The notes under the pieces: model-generated
What the model saw: only the letters and a program-made list of their open reading frames with translations
The model's database searches: none
What the model was told of the DNA's origin: nothing
Position numbers and translations under genes: made by a program
In this document: in pieces, positions 20,432 to 30,599 of the stretch
How positions within the stretch are numbered: the stretch's first letter is position 1
Layout: each line of letters begins with the position of its first letter
Assembly: GCA_963662795.1 (NCBI GenBank)
Contig: OY759746.1
Coordinates: forward strand, 2,688,001 to 2,752,000
Direction: 5' to 3'
From: Spirochaetia bacterium
GTDB lineage: Bacteria; Spirochaetota; Spirochaetia; CADAEX01
Length of the DNA: 64,000 bases

Positions 20432-21483
20432 AAATCAAGGACAGAGCTGATATCAGGAATGGAAGACAGAAGAGGCATTGTATCTATGCTTCTTGCTCCC
20501 AGTTTTATCAGTTCATACCTTACCTTCGCGATTGGAGTTTCCTTTCTGTCAGCTTCAAGCTGTATGCTGTACTGCGAGTATTTGGATCCGGGAATTCTTG
20601 TGGGTTCATCAGCGTAAAGATTGTATTTTGTAAGGTACTCTTCTGTTATTTCCTTTTTGTCTTCCGGAACATTGAAAATAAGAAGCACCTTGTTCTCCGC
20701 GTTGATTGTTCCGTAAAGGTTAAGGGTGAGCATTTTAAGCAGCTCTTTCTTCTCACTGCTTTTAAAAAGTTCAGGGCTTGCCCATATACTTGTTTCTGAC
20801 GAAAAAACCTCATCAATTATCTTGAGTCCGTAGCTTTTAAGCGCGCTTCCTGACTGGGTAATCTCAAGCCCTATGTCCGCTCCGAGGTTCTTTATTTTCG
20901 CCTCTGTTTTTCCCCATGTCTCGTATATAAGAATTCCTTTATCAATTTTCGGCGGAGTTTTATATTTCTGGACCGACCAGCTTTCTGAAAACTCACCAAG
21001 CCCTGCTTCCTTCATTTTTTCCTGTATCCAGAAAAGAGACATGTAGGGGAGCTCGGAAACAACTGTAATCAGTTTATTCCCTGCTTTAAAAAAGTTTTTG
21101 AGATACTGGACAGTTGAAGTTTCTTTTGCTTCCTCATCAACAATACCTACAAGCCTTACATTTCCCCGGTTCAATGACATGATTTTTTCAAGCTTTATAT
21201 CAACACCATATTCAATTTTAAGCTCAAGCCGCCGTTCCTCAATCCAGTCATTTCCGGCGATCGCAACATCAAGTTCGTTAAGCGCAAGCTGAGTGCCGAA
21301 TTCCTGGGGCCTGCCGTCCCAGCCGAAAAGAAAGTTCACGGATGTAAATGATGTCGGGCCTCCTGATTCATAGCCTTTGGTCGGAAATCCTGAATACTCA
21401 AGAAGTTCTGTGAGGTTTCCCCCTCTTTTCGAGTTTGCAAGCGAGCCTGCCGGCATTCCTATGACAAGTTGATTATTTTTCAT
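20428..21483 (-). CDS. hisG: ATP phosphoribosyltransferase, divergent long form
   Basis: IGMPAGSL, RPQE, LDVAIAGNDWIEE, WGKTEAK, ADIGLEITQSGSALKSYGL resemble HisG motifs; directly downstream of hisI. Confidence 0.72.
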   Translation of the reverse strand: MKNNQLVIGMPAGSLANSKRGGNLTELLEYSGFPTKGYESGGPTSFTSVNFLFGWDGRPQEFGTQLALNELDVAIAGNDWIEERRLELKIEYGVDIKLEKIMSLNRGNVRLVGIVDEEAKETSTVQYLKNFFKAGNKLITVVSELPYMSLFWIQEKMKEAGLGEFSESWSVQKYKTPPKIDKGILIYETWGKTEAKIKNLGADIGLEITQSGSALKSYGLKIIDEVFSSETSIWASPELFKSSEKKELLKMLTLNLYGTINAENKVLLIFNVPEDKKEITEEYLTKYNLYADEPTRIPGSKYSQYSIQLEADRKETPIAKVRYELIKLGARSIDTMPLLSSIPDISSVLDF

Positions 21484-21486
21484 AAA

Positions 21487-21876
21487 TTATTCCTCTATTA
21501 ATTCAAGTTTGTTGTCTTCATTAACCTTTCGGTAGTAGCAGCTTGTATGGGGCAGGCCGCTTGCCCTTTTCGCGTGACAGGCCCCTTTCCCCTCAGGTTT
21601 TACAAGATATAGAAGCGAGTTCTGCTCGCAGTTTATCCTGATTTCAACAATTTTAAGCATATCGCCTGATGTAAGACCTTTTTTCCAGAGTTCATTCCTG
21701 CTTCTGCTCCAGTAGGTAGCGTAACCGCTATTTCTGGTTTCATCAAAAGCCTCTTTATTTACAAAGGAGAGGATAAGCACCTCTTTTGTCTCAAAATCCT
21801 GGGTTACAACAGGCAAAAGCGCTCTGCCGTCACTGCCGAAATCAATTAAAAGCTCTTCAGTATATTCCTTGCCCAT
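21487..21876 (-). CDS. hisI: Phosphoribosyl-AMP cyclohydrolase
   Basis: LLPVVTQD, YWSRSRNELWKKGLTSG, INCEQNSLL, GACH, SCYY; ATG at 21876. Confidence 0.9.
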   Translation of the reverse strand: MGKEYTEELLIDFGSDGRALLPVVTQDFETKEVLILSFVNKEAFDETRNSGYATYWSRSRNELWKKGLTSGDMLKIVEIRINCEQNSLLYLVKPEGKGACHAKRASGLPHTSCYYRKVNEDNKLELIEE

Positions 21877-22146
21877 ATAGCCCCCTGTTCCGGTTTTGAT
21901 TTTAGGAATGATGCTAACAATAAATTCAACTTTCTGCAAGTTGAAGAACCTTTATTGTTAAGGGTAATGGATCACAAGATTAAATTCAGACGGATCGAAA
22001 TCAGAACGGTTACAATCTTATAACAATATAAACCGGGTTCATTTCCCGCTTTTGTTGATTTAATAATCATTCAGGACGATAATTTAACAGGGTGTTTTTT
22101 TCATACGTGTAAACAGTATGTCAAAAGCGCCTTATAACAAATCAGG

Positions 22147-22788
22147 ATGTTGAATATGGAATTATCAGATCTTTTTTTCAAAACAGGAATTATCCCGGTT
22201 ATTAAAATTGACAAGGCTGAAAAAGTTCTTCCTGTTGCTGAAGCGCTGTTAAAAGCAGGAATTCCGATTGCAGAGATTACTTTCAGATCAGATGCCGCGG
22301 AAAAAGGCATTTCCCTGCTGAAAAAGAAATTGCCGGAGATTCTTGCAGGGGCCGGAACTGTTCTTACTCCTGTCCAGCTTGCGATGGCCGCAGGTGCAGG
22401 GGCCGATTTCATAGTTACACCCGGCTTTAATCCTGAAATTGTTGATCAGGCCTTAAAGCTCGGGATACCTGTATATCCAGGTGTCAACAGTCCGACGCAG
22501 GTAGAGATGGGTCTTTCGAGAAATCTTAAGATCCTTAAATTCTTTCCGGCTGGAGTGTCGGGCGGAACGGCGATGATGAAAGCTCTTGAACCTGTATATA
22601 ACGTGAAATTTATGCCGACAGGAGGAATAGGCTTAAGCAATATTGCGGATTACCTTAAATGCAGAAACGTTATTGCCTGCGGAGGAAGCTGGATGGTTAA
22701 ATCAGAGCTTATCGAAGCGAAAAAATACGACGAAATCTACCGGCTTGCAGATGAGGCCGTAAAGGCGGTACGTGCGGTCCGGCCTTAA
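22147..22788 (+). CDS. eda: KDPG/KHG aldolase
   Basis: AEITFRS, GAGTVL, FIVTPG, LKFFPA, FMPTGGI, CGGSW. Confidence 0.93.
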   Translation: MLNMELSDLFFKTGIIPVIKIDKAEKVLPVAEALLKAGIPIAEITFRSDAAEKGISLLKKKLPEILAGAGTVLTPVQLAMAAGAGADFIVTPGFNPEIVDQALKLGIPVYPGVNSPTQVEMGLSRNLKILKFFPAGVSGGTAMMKALEPVYNVKFMPTGGIGLSNIADYLKCRNVIACGGSWMVKSELIEAKKYDEIYRLADEAVKAVRAVRP

Positions 22789-22861
22789 GGCTGAGCCGGA
22801 CTGGCAGCTGCCTATGCAATTCCGGCACGGCCCGGGGCAGGGTTCAGAGACAGATACGGCA

Positions 22862-23797
22862 TTAAGGTTTACAGGTGCTTCTCTCAATAATCCCCATAAC
22901 ATTGTAGATCAGCCTGGCTGCCGCAAAATCAGAAGCGTGAAATCCGGGGTGTGTGAACGGCGCAAGTTCAACAACGTCAAATCCAATTATCTTTCTCTGC
23001 TGCGCTGCTGATTCAATTATTGAATGTACCTGATACCACCCGAGTCCGCCGGGTTCAGGTGTTCCTGTCGCAGGAAAAATAGAAGGATCAAATCCGTCCA
23101 CATCAATGGAGATATATAAATATTCAGGAAAATCTGCCGGGAATACTATTGAAGTAATGTTTTTTTCAACTACCTCTCTCGCGTCAATAAATGATATCCC
23201 GTTTTCCTTCCTGAAAACTACTTCCGGCGGAGAGAGGCTCCGTATACCTATCTGGAAAAGCGGTAGACCGAGTTCAAAACCGCGCCGCATAACGCAGGCG
23301 TGGCTCAGCCTGTCTCCCTCGTAAATGTCGCGCAAATCTGAATGGGCATCGAAATGAAGTATGCCTGTTTTTCCTGCAAACGGTGAGCCTTTCCGTGTAA
23401 TGGCTTTGAAGGCTGCAAGGGAAACAGTATGCTCTCCCCCCAGCAGAACAGGAACATGTCCTTCCTTCAGGGCTGAGTAAATTTCCTTTTCAATTTCTTC
23501 AAGAAAATTTTCCGTACTTCCTGAAAGGGCTGATTTATCAGGGTTCCGTGTGAATATTCCCCTGTCTCCGGGAACTGAATATCCATCCCACTTTTCAAGC
23601 TGCTGGGATGCTTCAATAATCGCTGCCGGCCCTTTTGCAGTGCCTGTTCCGTAGGAAACGCTTTTCTCAAGCGGTGCGGGGATAATGTGGAAGAGAGCTT
23701 CTTCCGCAGAGGAAGAAACTTCAGACCCTAAAAATTGTTTGACGCCGCTCTTGTCTGTACCGTATTCATGCCGTCTTTCTGTGTTGCTTAACGCCAT
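22862..23797 (-). CDS. speB: Agmatinase
   Basis: LGGEHTVS, HFDAHSDLR, SHAC, SIDVDGFDPS, PATGTPEPGGL, DVVEL. Confidence 0.92.
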   Translation of the reverse strand: MALSNTERRHEYGTDKSGVKQFLGSEVSSSAEEALFHIIPAPLEKSVSYGTGTAKGPAAIIEASQQLEKWDGYSVPGDRGIFTRNPDKSALSGSTENFLEEIEKEIYSALKEGHVPVLLGGEHTVSLAAFKAITRKGSPFAGKTGILHFDAHSDLRDIYEGDRLSHACVMRRGFELGLPLFQIGIRSLSPPEVVFRKENGISFIDAREVVEKNITSIVFPADFPEYLYISIDVDGFDPSIFPATGTPEPGGLGWYQVHSIIESAAQQRKIIGFDVVELAPFTHPGFHASDFAAARLIYNVMGIIERSTCKP

Positions 23798-23798
23798 A

Positions 23799-24956
23799 TC
23801 AGGACAATCTCCCTTTGAAATCTTTATATCCGAATTCCTTGATTATTTTATAATTTCCGTTTTTACTGCTGCAGGCTACAATCGCCGGAAGGGGCACACC
23901 GTTAAAAGTCGTGGTTTTTACCATGGAGTAGTGTGCCATGTCTGTAAATACAAGAGGGTCTCCCGGTTTCAGGGGAGTGTCAAACGAGTATTCCCCTATT
24001 ATATCTCCGGCAAGGCAGGATGTTCCCCCTAAAATGTAGCTGTATTTTTTTTCACCTTTAAATCCTGACCCTAATATCATAGGACGGTACGGCATCTCAA
24101 TTATATCCGGCATGTGGGTCTGGGCTGATACATCAAGCAGTGCGATTTTACCGTTATTATCCACTATGTCAAGTACTCTTGAAACAAGTACTCCGGTGTT
24201 GAGCGCAACTGCTTCTCCCGGTTCCAGATATACTTCAACTTCATATTTATTTTTAAAATCCGAAATCAGCCTGCAGAGAAGGTCAATATCATAATCGTCT
24301 CTGGTTATGTGATGTCCTCCGCCGAAGTTTATCCATTTCATCCTGCCTAAATATTTTCCGAACTTTTCTTCTACTGCGGCAAGTGTCCTTTCGAGGGAAT
24401 CAGAATTTTTTTCACAGAGTGTGTGGAAGTGAAGACCTGTTATCCCTTCAGCAAGTTCTTCCCTGAAGTTCGCTGCCGTTACCCCAAGCCGCGAGAGCGG
24501 CCTGCACGGGTCATAGACCGCGGTTTCTGTTTCACTGTGCTGGGGGTTAATTCTTATTCCGGCTTCGGCTGAGCTGTTGTATTTTCTTAAAAGCGGGAGG
24601 AATTTTTCAAGCTGGCTGAAAGAGTTGAAAACTACATGCCCTGAGAGACGGGCTATTTCCCTGAACTCTTCTTCCCTGAACGCAGGGCTGTAGGTGTGAA
24701 CCTCGCCGCCGAATTCCTCATAGCCGAGCCGCGCCTCATTAAGGCCGCTCGCGCAGACACCCTTTAAGTATTTTCTGATGAGGGGGTAGAAGTAGAACAT
24801 TGCAAAGCCTTTCTGCGCCAGCAGTATTTTAGCTCCTGTTCTCTTCTGTACCGAGTCGAGTACTTTAAGGTTGTTTTCAAGATCATCCTCATCCACAACA
24901 AAAGAGGGGGAAGGGCATCCTGAAGGATCTAATTTTTTATAAATATTTCTTTCCAC
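23799..24956 (-). CDS. nspC: Carboxy(nor)spermidine decarboxylase
   Basis: LLAQKGFA, ASGLNEA, YDPC..SRLG, GLHFHTLCE, NFGGGHHIT, HMPD, CLAGD, HYSMVKTTTFNG. Confidence 0.93.
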   Translation of the reverse strand: MERNIYKKLDPSGCPSPSFVVDEDDLENNLKVLDSVQKRTGAKILLAQKGFAMFYFYPLIRKYLKGVCASGLNEARLGYEEFGGEVHTYSPAFREEEFREIARLSGHVVFNSFSQLEKFLPLLRKYNSSAEAGIRINPQHSETETAVYDPCRPLSRLGVTAANFREELAEGITGLHFHTLCEKNSDSLERTLAAVEEKFGKYLGRMKWINFGGGHHITRDDYDIDLLCRLISDFKNKYEVEVYLEPGEAVALNTGVLVSRVLDIVDNNGKIALLDVSAQTHMPDIIEMPYRPMILGSGFKGEKKYSYILGGTSCLAGDIIGEYSFDTPLKPGDPLVFTDMAHYSMVKTTTFNGVPLPAIVACSSKNGNYKIIKEFGYKDFKGRLS

Positions 24957-26113
24957 GGGAGTCCATACTTGTTCAAATCTTCCATGAATGGATCAGGGTC
25001 CATCTGTTCCATATTGAAAACCCCTTTGCCGCTCCATTTCCCTGTAAGCATCATCTTTGCCCCTATCATGGCAGGAACTCCTGTTGTGTATGATATTGCC
25101 TGGGATTTTACTTCCCTGTATGCCTCTTCATGGTCACAGATGTTGTAGATGTAGTATTCCCTTTCCTTTCCGTCTTTTACCCCTTTCATGAGGCAGCCGA
25201 TGCAGGTTTTTCCTTTTGTCAGGGGGCCAAGGGAGGCAGGGTCGGGCAGAAGCGCTTTTAAAAACTGGAGCGGTATTATCTCCTGTCCGTTGTACATGAC
25301 AGGGTCAATCCTTGTCATACCTACATTTTCAAGTACCTTAAGGTGGTTGAGGTAATTTTCCGAAAATGTCATCCAGAATCTTGCTTTTTTTATTGTCGGT
25401 ATATGTTTTACAAGAGATTCAAGCTCTTCATGATACATCAGGTATATCTTCATTGCCCCTATCCCTTCCGGGAAATTGTAATCCTTTTTTACGGAAAGCG
25501 GGTCTGTCTCAATCCATTTGCCGTTTTCATAATACTTTCCCCTTGCGGAGACTTCCCTGATGTTTATCTCGGGGTTGAAATTGGTAGCGAAGGGCTGGCC
25601 GTGATTTCCCGCGTTAGCGTCAATAATGTCAAGTTCGTTTATTTCGTCAAAGTGATGCTTAAGTGCATGGGCTGTATAGACATTGGTGACGCCTGGGTCA
25701 AACCCGCTTCCGAGCAGGGCCATCAGCCCCTTGTCTTTGAATTTCTTATCGTAATCCCACTGCCATTTATAGCAGAATCTGGCTTCATCTTTAGGCTCGT
25801 AATTTGCCGTATCAAGGTACTTGACTCCGGTCTCAAGGCATGCGTCCATTATGGTAAGGTCCTGATAGGGAAGGGCGACATTTATTATCATATCCGGTTT
25901 GTGTTTTCTTATAAGAGAAATGAGCTGGGGAATGTTTTCAGCGTCAACCTGCGCTGTCTGTATCGGCCGTTTTAACTGAGAAGCTATTTTCCTGCATTTT
26001 TCCTCTGTTCTGCTTGCAAGTATTATCTCAGAAAAAACTTCCTGTACCTGGGCGCATTTATGCACCACTACCTGGCTTACTCCGCCTGCTCCTATTATAA
26101 GAACTTTTGCCAT
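24929..26113 (-). CDS. Carboxy(nor)spermidine dehydrogenase (saccharopine dehydrogenase family)
   Basis: IIGAGGV, NVALPYQDL, YLDTANYE, GFDPGVT, FATNFNPEINIRE, YTTGVP; overlaps the nspC start. Confidence 0.92.
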   Translation of the reverse strand: MAKVLIIGAGGVSQVVVHKCAQVQEVFSEIILASRTEEKCRKIASQLKRPIQTAQVDAENIPQLISLIRKHKPDMIINVALPYQDLTIMDACLETGVKYLDTANYEPKDEARFCYKWQWDYDKKFKDKGLMALLGSGFDPGVTNVYTAHALKHHFDEINELDIIDANAGNHGQPFATNFNPEINIREVSARGKYYENGKWIETDPLSVKKDYNFPEGIGAMKIYLMYHEELESLVKHIPTIKKARFWMTFSENYLNHLKVLENVGMTRIDPVMYNGQEIIPLQFLKALLPDPASLGPLTKGKTCIGCLMKGVKDGKEREYYIYNICDHEEAYREVKSQAISYTTGVPAMIGAKMMLTGKWSGKGVFNMEQMDPDPFMEDLNKYGLPWKEIFIKN

Positions 26114-26383
26114 TTTTCCGGGCCTCCTGTGAAATAAAAATTATCAGGCCATTATATCAGAGAGAAGCAGCTGTTATCAATCTATCAGCTCATCATTGCA
26201 GTTTAATAATGAGTGAGTTCATTATCCTTTACTTGTTCATTTTAATTTTTTGAAATAATATTCAAATTGCTGCGAAAAAAGTATATACTTCTGACTTATG
26301 AGTCTGAGTGACAGCATGAAAATGCCAATTGACATTCTTTCCGTGTAAAAATCAATAATTCAGGGGAGGCCTGATAAGAAAAA

Positions 26384-28303
26384 ATGAAGAGAAGTTCTGG
26401 AATAAACTACTGGAGTATCAAAGATGCTGTAGAGCTTTACGGCATAGAAAACTGGGGATCTGATTTTTTTCAGGTAAACAAAGACGGCGAGGTTACAGTA
26501 ACACTCAGAAAGGGCGATGCCCTTGAACCTGTAAGCCTTTTTCAGATTGCCAGGGGTCTTGACGAGAGAGGTATTACAATGCCTGTTCTCATGCATTTCC
26601 CTGATCTGATTTTCAACCGCATAGACCGGATAAATAAAAGTTTTAACAATGTAATTAAAGAATACGGTTATACCGGTAATTACCGCGGCGTTTATCCCAT
26701 AAAGGTAAATCAGCAGCAGCACATAGTCGAGGAAATGGTGCGGTTCGGTACAGATTACAGCTACGGCCTTGAAGCCGGAAGCAAGTCAGAGCTGATGATA
26801 GCAATATCATCAATAAAATCCAGAGAATCTCTTATTATATGCAATGGATACAAGGATGAGGAATTTATTGATCTTGCCCTTTACGGTATGCAGCTGGGGC
26901 TTAAAATATTTCTTGTTCTCGAGAGGCCTAATGAAGTTAATACCATAATTTCACGTGCAAGAAAAAACAACATAATGCCCAATATAGGCCTGAGGGCAAA
27001 ACTCTCTTCCACTGTCGGGGGGAAATGGGCGGAATCGGCAGGCGACCATTCTGTATTCGGCCTTACGGCTTCCCAGATAATTGATGTAATTGATACGCTT
27101 AAAAAAGAGGACATGATTGAATGCCTTAAGCTTCTCCATTATCACATGGGTTCGCAGATCCCTGATATCCGCCATATAAGGGAAGCGGCAGGAGAGGCGG
27201 CAAGGATTTATATCAATCTTGTAAATGAAAATGCTCCGATGGGTTATCTTGATATTGGAGGAGGGCTTGCTGTTGATTATGACGGGTCAAAAACAATTTT
27301 TGAAAGCAGTAAGAACTATTCGCTTGAAGAATACTGCGGAACAATAATTGATTTATTGAAACAGGCTTTTGACGGAGCGGGGACTGCCCACCCGAATATA
27401 GTATCGGAATCAGGCCGGGCTGTAACCGCTTATTCCTCCATCCTTGTTTTTAACATTCTCGATGTCAACAGTCTTATCCCTGAAAACGGTATTCCCGCCA
27501 TGCCTGAAAATGCGCATGAGAACATAAAAAACCTTAAGGAGATACTTGAGACTTTGACCCTCAAGAACATTCAGGAGCAGTACCACGACGCGATCTTTTA
27601 CAGGGATGAACTCAGGAATCTTTTTCAGCTCGGAAAAGTAACTCTTCGCGACAGGGCTTATGCGGAAGAAATATTCTGGCGTGTTATCAAGAAGATCTCA
27701 GTTCTTTCCGCTGACTTAAAGCATGTTCCAGAAGAAATGAAAACACTTGAATCCATCATGGCAGATGTGTATTACGGCAATTTCAGCCTGTTCCAGTCCC
27801 TGCCTGACTGCTGGGCAATAGACCAGCTTTTCCCTGTAATACCTCTTCACAGACTTAATGAACAGCCTCTTGTCCCGGCTATAATAGCGGATACAACCTG
27901 CGACTGCGACGGAAAGATCGATAAATTCATAGGGTTATACGACATAAAGAGGAGCATAATGCTCCATTCGCTCAAGAAAGATTCAGACTACATTCTCGGC
28001 GTTTTTCTGGTAGGGGCTTACCAGGAAACACTCGGCGATCTGCACAACCTTTTCGGAGACACACATGTAATCAGCATTACCATTGATGAAGACGGTGAAA
28101 TCCAGCTGACAAGGGAGATAAGCGGAGATTCCGTATCCGATGTTCTAAGTTATGTGGAATATAAGCCAGCTGTTCTTCTTGAGCAGATTCGGACCCTTGC
28201 AGAGCAGGGCGTCAAGGAAAAGAAGGTTACGCCGAAACAGAGAAAGGAGATAATGGCCGCCTTTGAGGAAGGGATGAGGGGCTACACTTATTTTGAAGTA
28301 TAG
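26384..28303 (+). CDS. speA: Biosynthetic arginine decarboxylase
   Basis: VYPIKVNQ, GLEAGSKSEL, CNGYKD, HYHMGSQI, DIGGGLAVDYDG, NFSLFQSLPD, TCDCDG, GAYQETLGDLHNLFG. Confidence 0.95.
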   Translation: MKRSSGINYWSIKDAVELYGIENWGSDFFQVNKDGEVTVTLRKGDALEPVSLFQIARGLDERGITMPVLMHFPDLIFNRIDRINKSFNNVIKEYGYTGNYRGVYPIKVNQQQHIVEEMVRFGTDYSYGLEAGSKSELMIAISSIKSRESLIICNGYKDEEFIDLALYGMQLGLKIFLVLERPNEVNTIISRARKNNIMPNIGLRAKLSSTVGGKWAESAGDHSVFGLTASQIIDVIDTLKKEDMIECLKLLHYHMGSQIPDIRHIREAAGEAARIYINLVNENAPMGYLDIGGGLAVDYDGSKTIFESSKNYSLEEYCGTIIDLLKQAFDGAGTAHPNIVSESGRAVTAYSSILVFNILDVNSLIPENGIPAMPENAHENIKNLKEILETLTLKNIQEQYHDAIFYRDELRNLFQLGKVTLRDRAYAEEIFWRVIKKISVLSADLKHVPEEMKTLESIMADVYYGNFSLFQSLPDCWAIDQLFPVIPLHRLNEQPLVPAIIADTTCDCDGKIDKFIGLYDIKRSIMLHSLKKDSDYILGVFLVGAYQETLGDLHNLFGDTHVISITIDEDGEIQLTREISGDSVSDVLSYVEYKPAVLLEQIRTLAEQGVKEKKVTPKQRKEIMAAFEEGMRGYTYFEV

Positions 28304-28412
28304 TTTTTAAGATATAGCTCCGGCATAGATTGCGGAGATCTTTAAGCGTTTTAATGGATTATTGTTTTATCCATTTGCTGCTTTGAATATTTATTAAAAC
28401 GGAGAATTCCAC

Positions 28413-30527
28413 ATGAAAAAAGTACTCAAACCTGTAATCCATGTAGATGAAGACAAGTGCAGAAACTGCCACACCTGCATAGCTGTATGCCCGGTGAAAA
28501 TTTGCATAGACGGCAGCGGGGACAAGGTAGTAATAAACCATGACCTGTGTATTGGATGCGGCAGCTGTATCGCCGCATGCACCCACAATGCCCGAAATAT
28601 TATTGATGACATGCATCCCTTTCTTGAATCCCTGAGAAAAAAAGAAAAAATGATCGCGATTGTCGCACCGGCTTCAGCTGCGGTTTTTCCCGGTGATTTC
28701 CTGAAACTTAACAGCTACCTTAAAAGCATCGGTATTGAAGCGGTTTTTGATGTCAGTTTCGGTGCGGAACTTACTGTAAAATCCTATTTTGAGCATATAG
28801 AAGCTTCAAACCCGAAAGCGGTTATTGCCCAGCCGTGCCCCGCGATTGTTTCCTATATTGAACTTTATATACCTGAACTCCTTGAATATCTTGCGCCTGC
28901 AGACAGTCCGATGACTCATACGATTAAAATGATAAAACATTATTATCCTCAGTACCGCGGTCATAAAATCCTCTGTATCTCTCCATGTCCGGCAAAAAAG
29001 AGGGAATTCGAAGAAATTGGAATAGACCTCTTCAATGTGACAATGCTTTCGCTGAAAGAGCATATTAAAAATACAAAAGTGAATCTCTCCGCTTTCGGCG
29101 GGATTGATTATGATAATCCTCCCGCGGAAAGGGCTGTCCTTTTTTCAACCCCTGGCGGACTTCTTCAGACAGCTCTAAGAGACAGACCCGAAATCGGCAG
29201 TGTGACACGGAAAATTGAAGGGCCGGAAATTGTATATGAATATCTTGACCATCTTCCGCAGATGATAAGGGAAGGGAAAAACCCCCTTCTCATCGACTGC
29301 CTCAACTGCAGCCTCGGCTGCAACGGCGGGCCGGGTACCGGTAATGCGGGCAAGTCTCCTGATGAAGTTGAATATCATGTGAACCAGAGAAGCGAACAGC
29401 TTAAAAAGTTATACGCCGGCAGAAGGAACATTCTGCCGGGTATGCGTCCGGGGTTTCAGAAAAATATCGGTAAAATTGTTTCAAAATTCTGGAAAAAAGG
29501 TCTTTATGACCGCAGTTATACACGACTTTCGGAAAACAACTCCATAACAGTTCCGACAGAAGAAGAAAGGGAAGCAATTTACCGTAGTATGCTGAAAATT
29601 AATGAAAATGACATTATCAACTGCTGCTCCTGCGGCTATAACAGCTGTGAAAAGATGGCAGAGGCCATACACAACGGATTGAACAAACCTGAAAACTGCA
29701 ACCACTACAGGGAGAAGGTTATCGGGATGGAAAGAAAACATCTTGAAGAAATATATACTGAACTGAGCTGCAGGGTTTCTGATGTCAACAGAAGCATTGA
29801 GGCTATTACAGGATCTCTTGAGCAGTTTTTCGAAATAATAATGAAACAGGCCCGGTATCTGGGAGATTCATCCGCTGCGGTAGAGGAGATGATTGAAGTC
29901 ATAAGGACTCTTGCTTCAAAGGCAGGCGAAAGAAAAATTCTTATTGAAGATATGGCCGACAAGGCACTTGCCGGGGAGAGCAGTCTTCAGGAGACAATAG
30001 ATGCCATGAAGAACGTGGCAGAGGCTGTCTCAGGGATTTTTGAGATGACAGACATGATAAAATCCATTTCCACCAATACCAACCTGCTTTCTTTAAATGC
30101 CGCGATAGAGGCAGCTCACGCAGGAACTTTCGGTAAAGGATTTGCGGTTGTTGCCGGTGAAATAGGAAAACTTGCTGAAAGCGCTTCAGAAAATTCAAAC
30201 AGGATATCTTCAACACTTTCCGATATCGAAAAACATGTTTCAGGATCAAGGAAAGTAACAGAAAAATCAAGCGAAGGGATGAAGGTCCTGATGACAGATA
30301 TCAAACAGGTTGCTTTGGTTATTTCAGAAATACTTATTCAGATGAATGAGATGTCCGAAGGCTCAGGCGAGATTATAGGTTCACTTAATCAGCTCCGTTC
30401 TCTTTCAGATACTGTAAAAGATGAATCAGATAAAATAAGAGAAAGGGTGAAAGAAATAAAAACCGCTGTCAGTGATATCGCAAATATTTCAGAGACAACA
30501 CAAATCACTCTTGTGAATGCAATCTGA
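28413..30527 (+). CDS. Putative sensory [FeFe]-hydrogenase fused to a methyl-accepting chemotaxis signalling domain (group C, chemotaxis-linked)
   Basis: N-terminal 2x[4Fe-4S] (CRNCHTCIAVCP, CIGCGSCIAAC); H-cluster motifs AQPCPA, SPCPAKKRE, DCLNCSLGCNGGPG; FeS domain CCSCGYNSC...NC; MCP hairpin TNLLSLNAAIEAAHAG..GKGFAVVAGEIGKLAE; no TM helix seen. Confidence 0.88.
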   Translation: MKKVLKPVIHVDEDKCRNCHTCIAVCPVKICIDGSGDKVVINHDLCIGCGSCIAACTHNARNIIDDMHPFLESLRKKEKMIAIVAPASAAVFPGDFLKLNSYLKSIGIEAVFDVSFGAELTVKSYFEHIEASNPKAVIAQPCPAIVSYIELYIPELLEYLAPADSPMTHTIKMIKHYYPQYRGHKILCISPCPAKKREFEEIGIDLFNVTMLSLKEHIKNTKVNLSAFGGIDYDNPPAERAVLFSTPGGLLQTALRDRPEIGSVTRKIEGPEIVYEYLDHLPQMIREGKNPLLIDCLNCSLGCNGGPGTGNAGKSPDEVEYHVNQRSEQLKKLYAGRRNILPGMRPGFQKNIGKIVSKFWKKGLYDRSYTRLSENNSITVPTEEEREAIYRSMLKINENDIINCCSCGYNSCEKMAEAIHNGLNKPENCNHYREKVIGMERKHLEEIYTELSCRVSDVNRSIEAITGSLEQFFEIIMKQARYLGDSSAAVEEMIEVIRTLASKAGERKILIEDMADKALAGESSLQETIDAMKNVAEAVSGIFEMTDMIKSISTNTNLLSLNAAIEAAHAGTFGKGFAVVAGEIGKLAESASENSNRISSTLSDIEKHVSGSRKVTEKSSEGMKVLMTDIKQVALVISEILIQMNEMSEGSGEIIGSLNQLRSLSDTVKDESDKIRERVKEIKTAVSDIANISETTQITLVNAI

Positions 30528-30548
30528 AATTAACGGAAGGGAAAAAGT

Positions 30549-30581
30549 ATCAGCCGGCCGGCTTTAAGCCTGCAGGCTGAT
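30549..30581. terminator. Hairpin between convergent genes (hydrogenase-MCP and glgP)
   Basis: ATCAGCC..GGCT-TTA-AGCC..GGCTGAT imperfect stem; A-run on the left suits termination on the minus strand. Confidence 0.55.
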
Positions 30582-30599
30582 GCCGTTATTACATTAAAA

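Noticed and set aside
21877-22146. Histidine attenuator upstream of hisI-hisG
   Set aside because: No His-codon-rich leader peptide or terminator/antiterminator pair seen.
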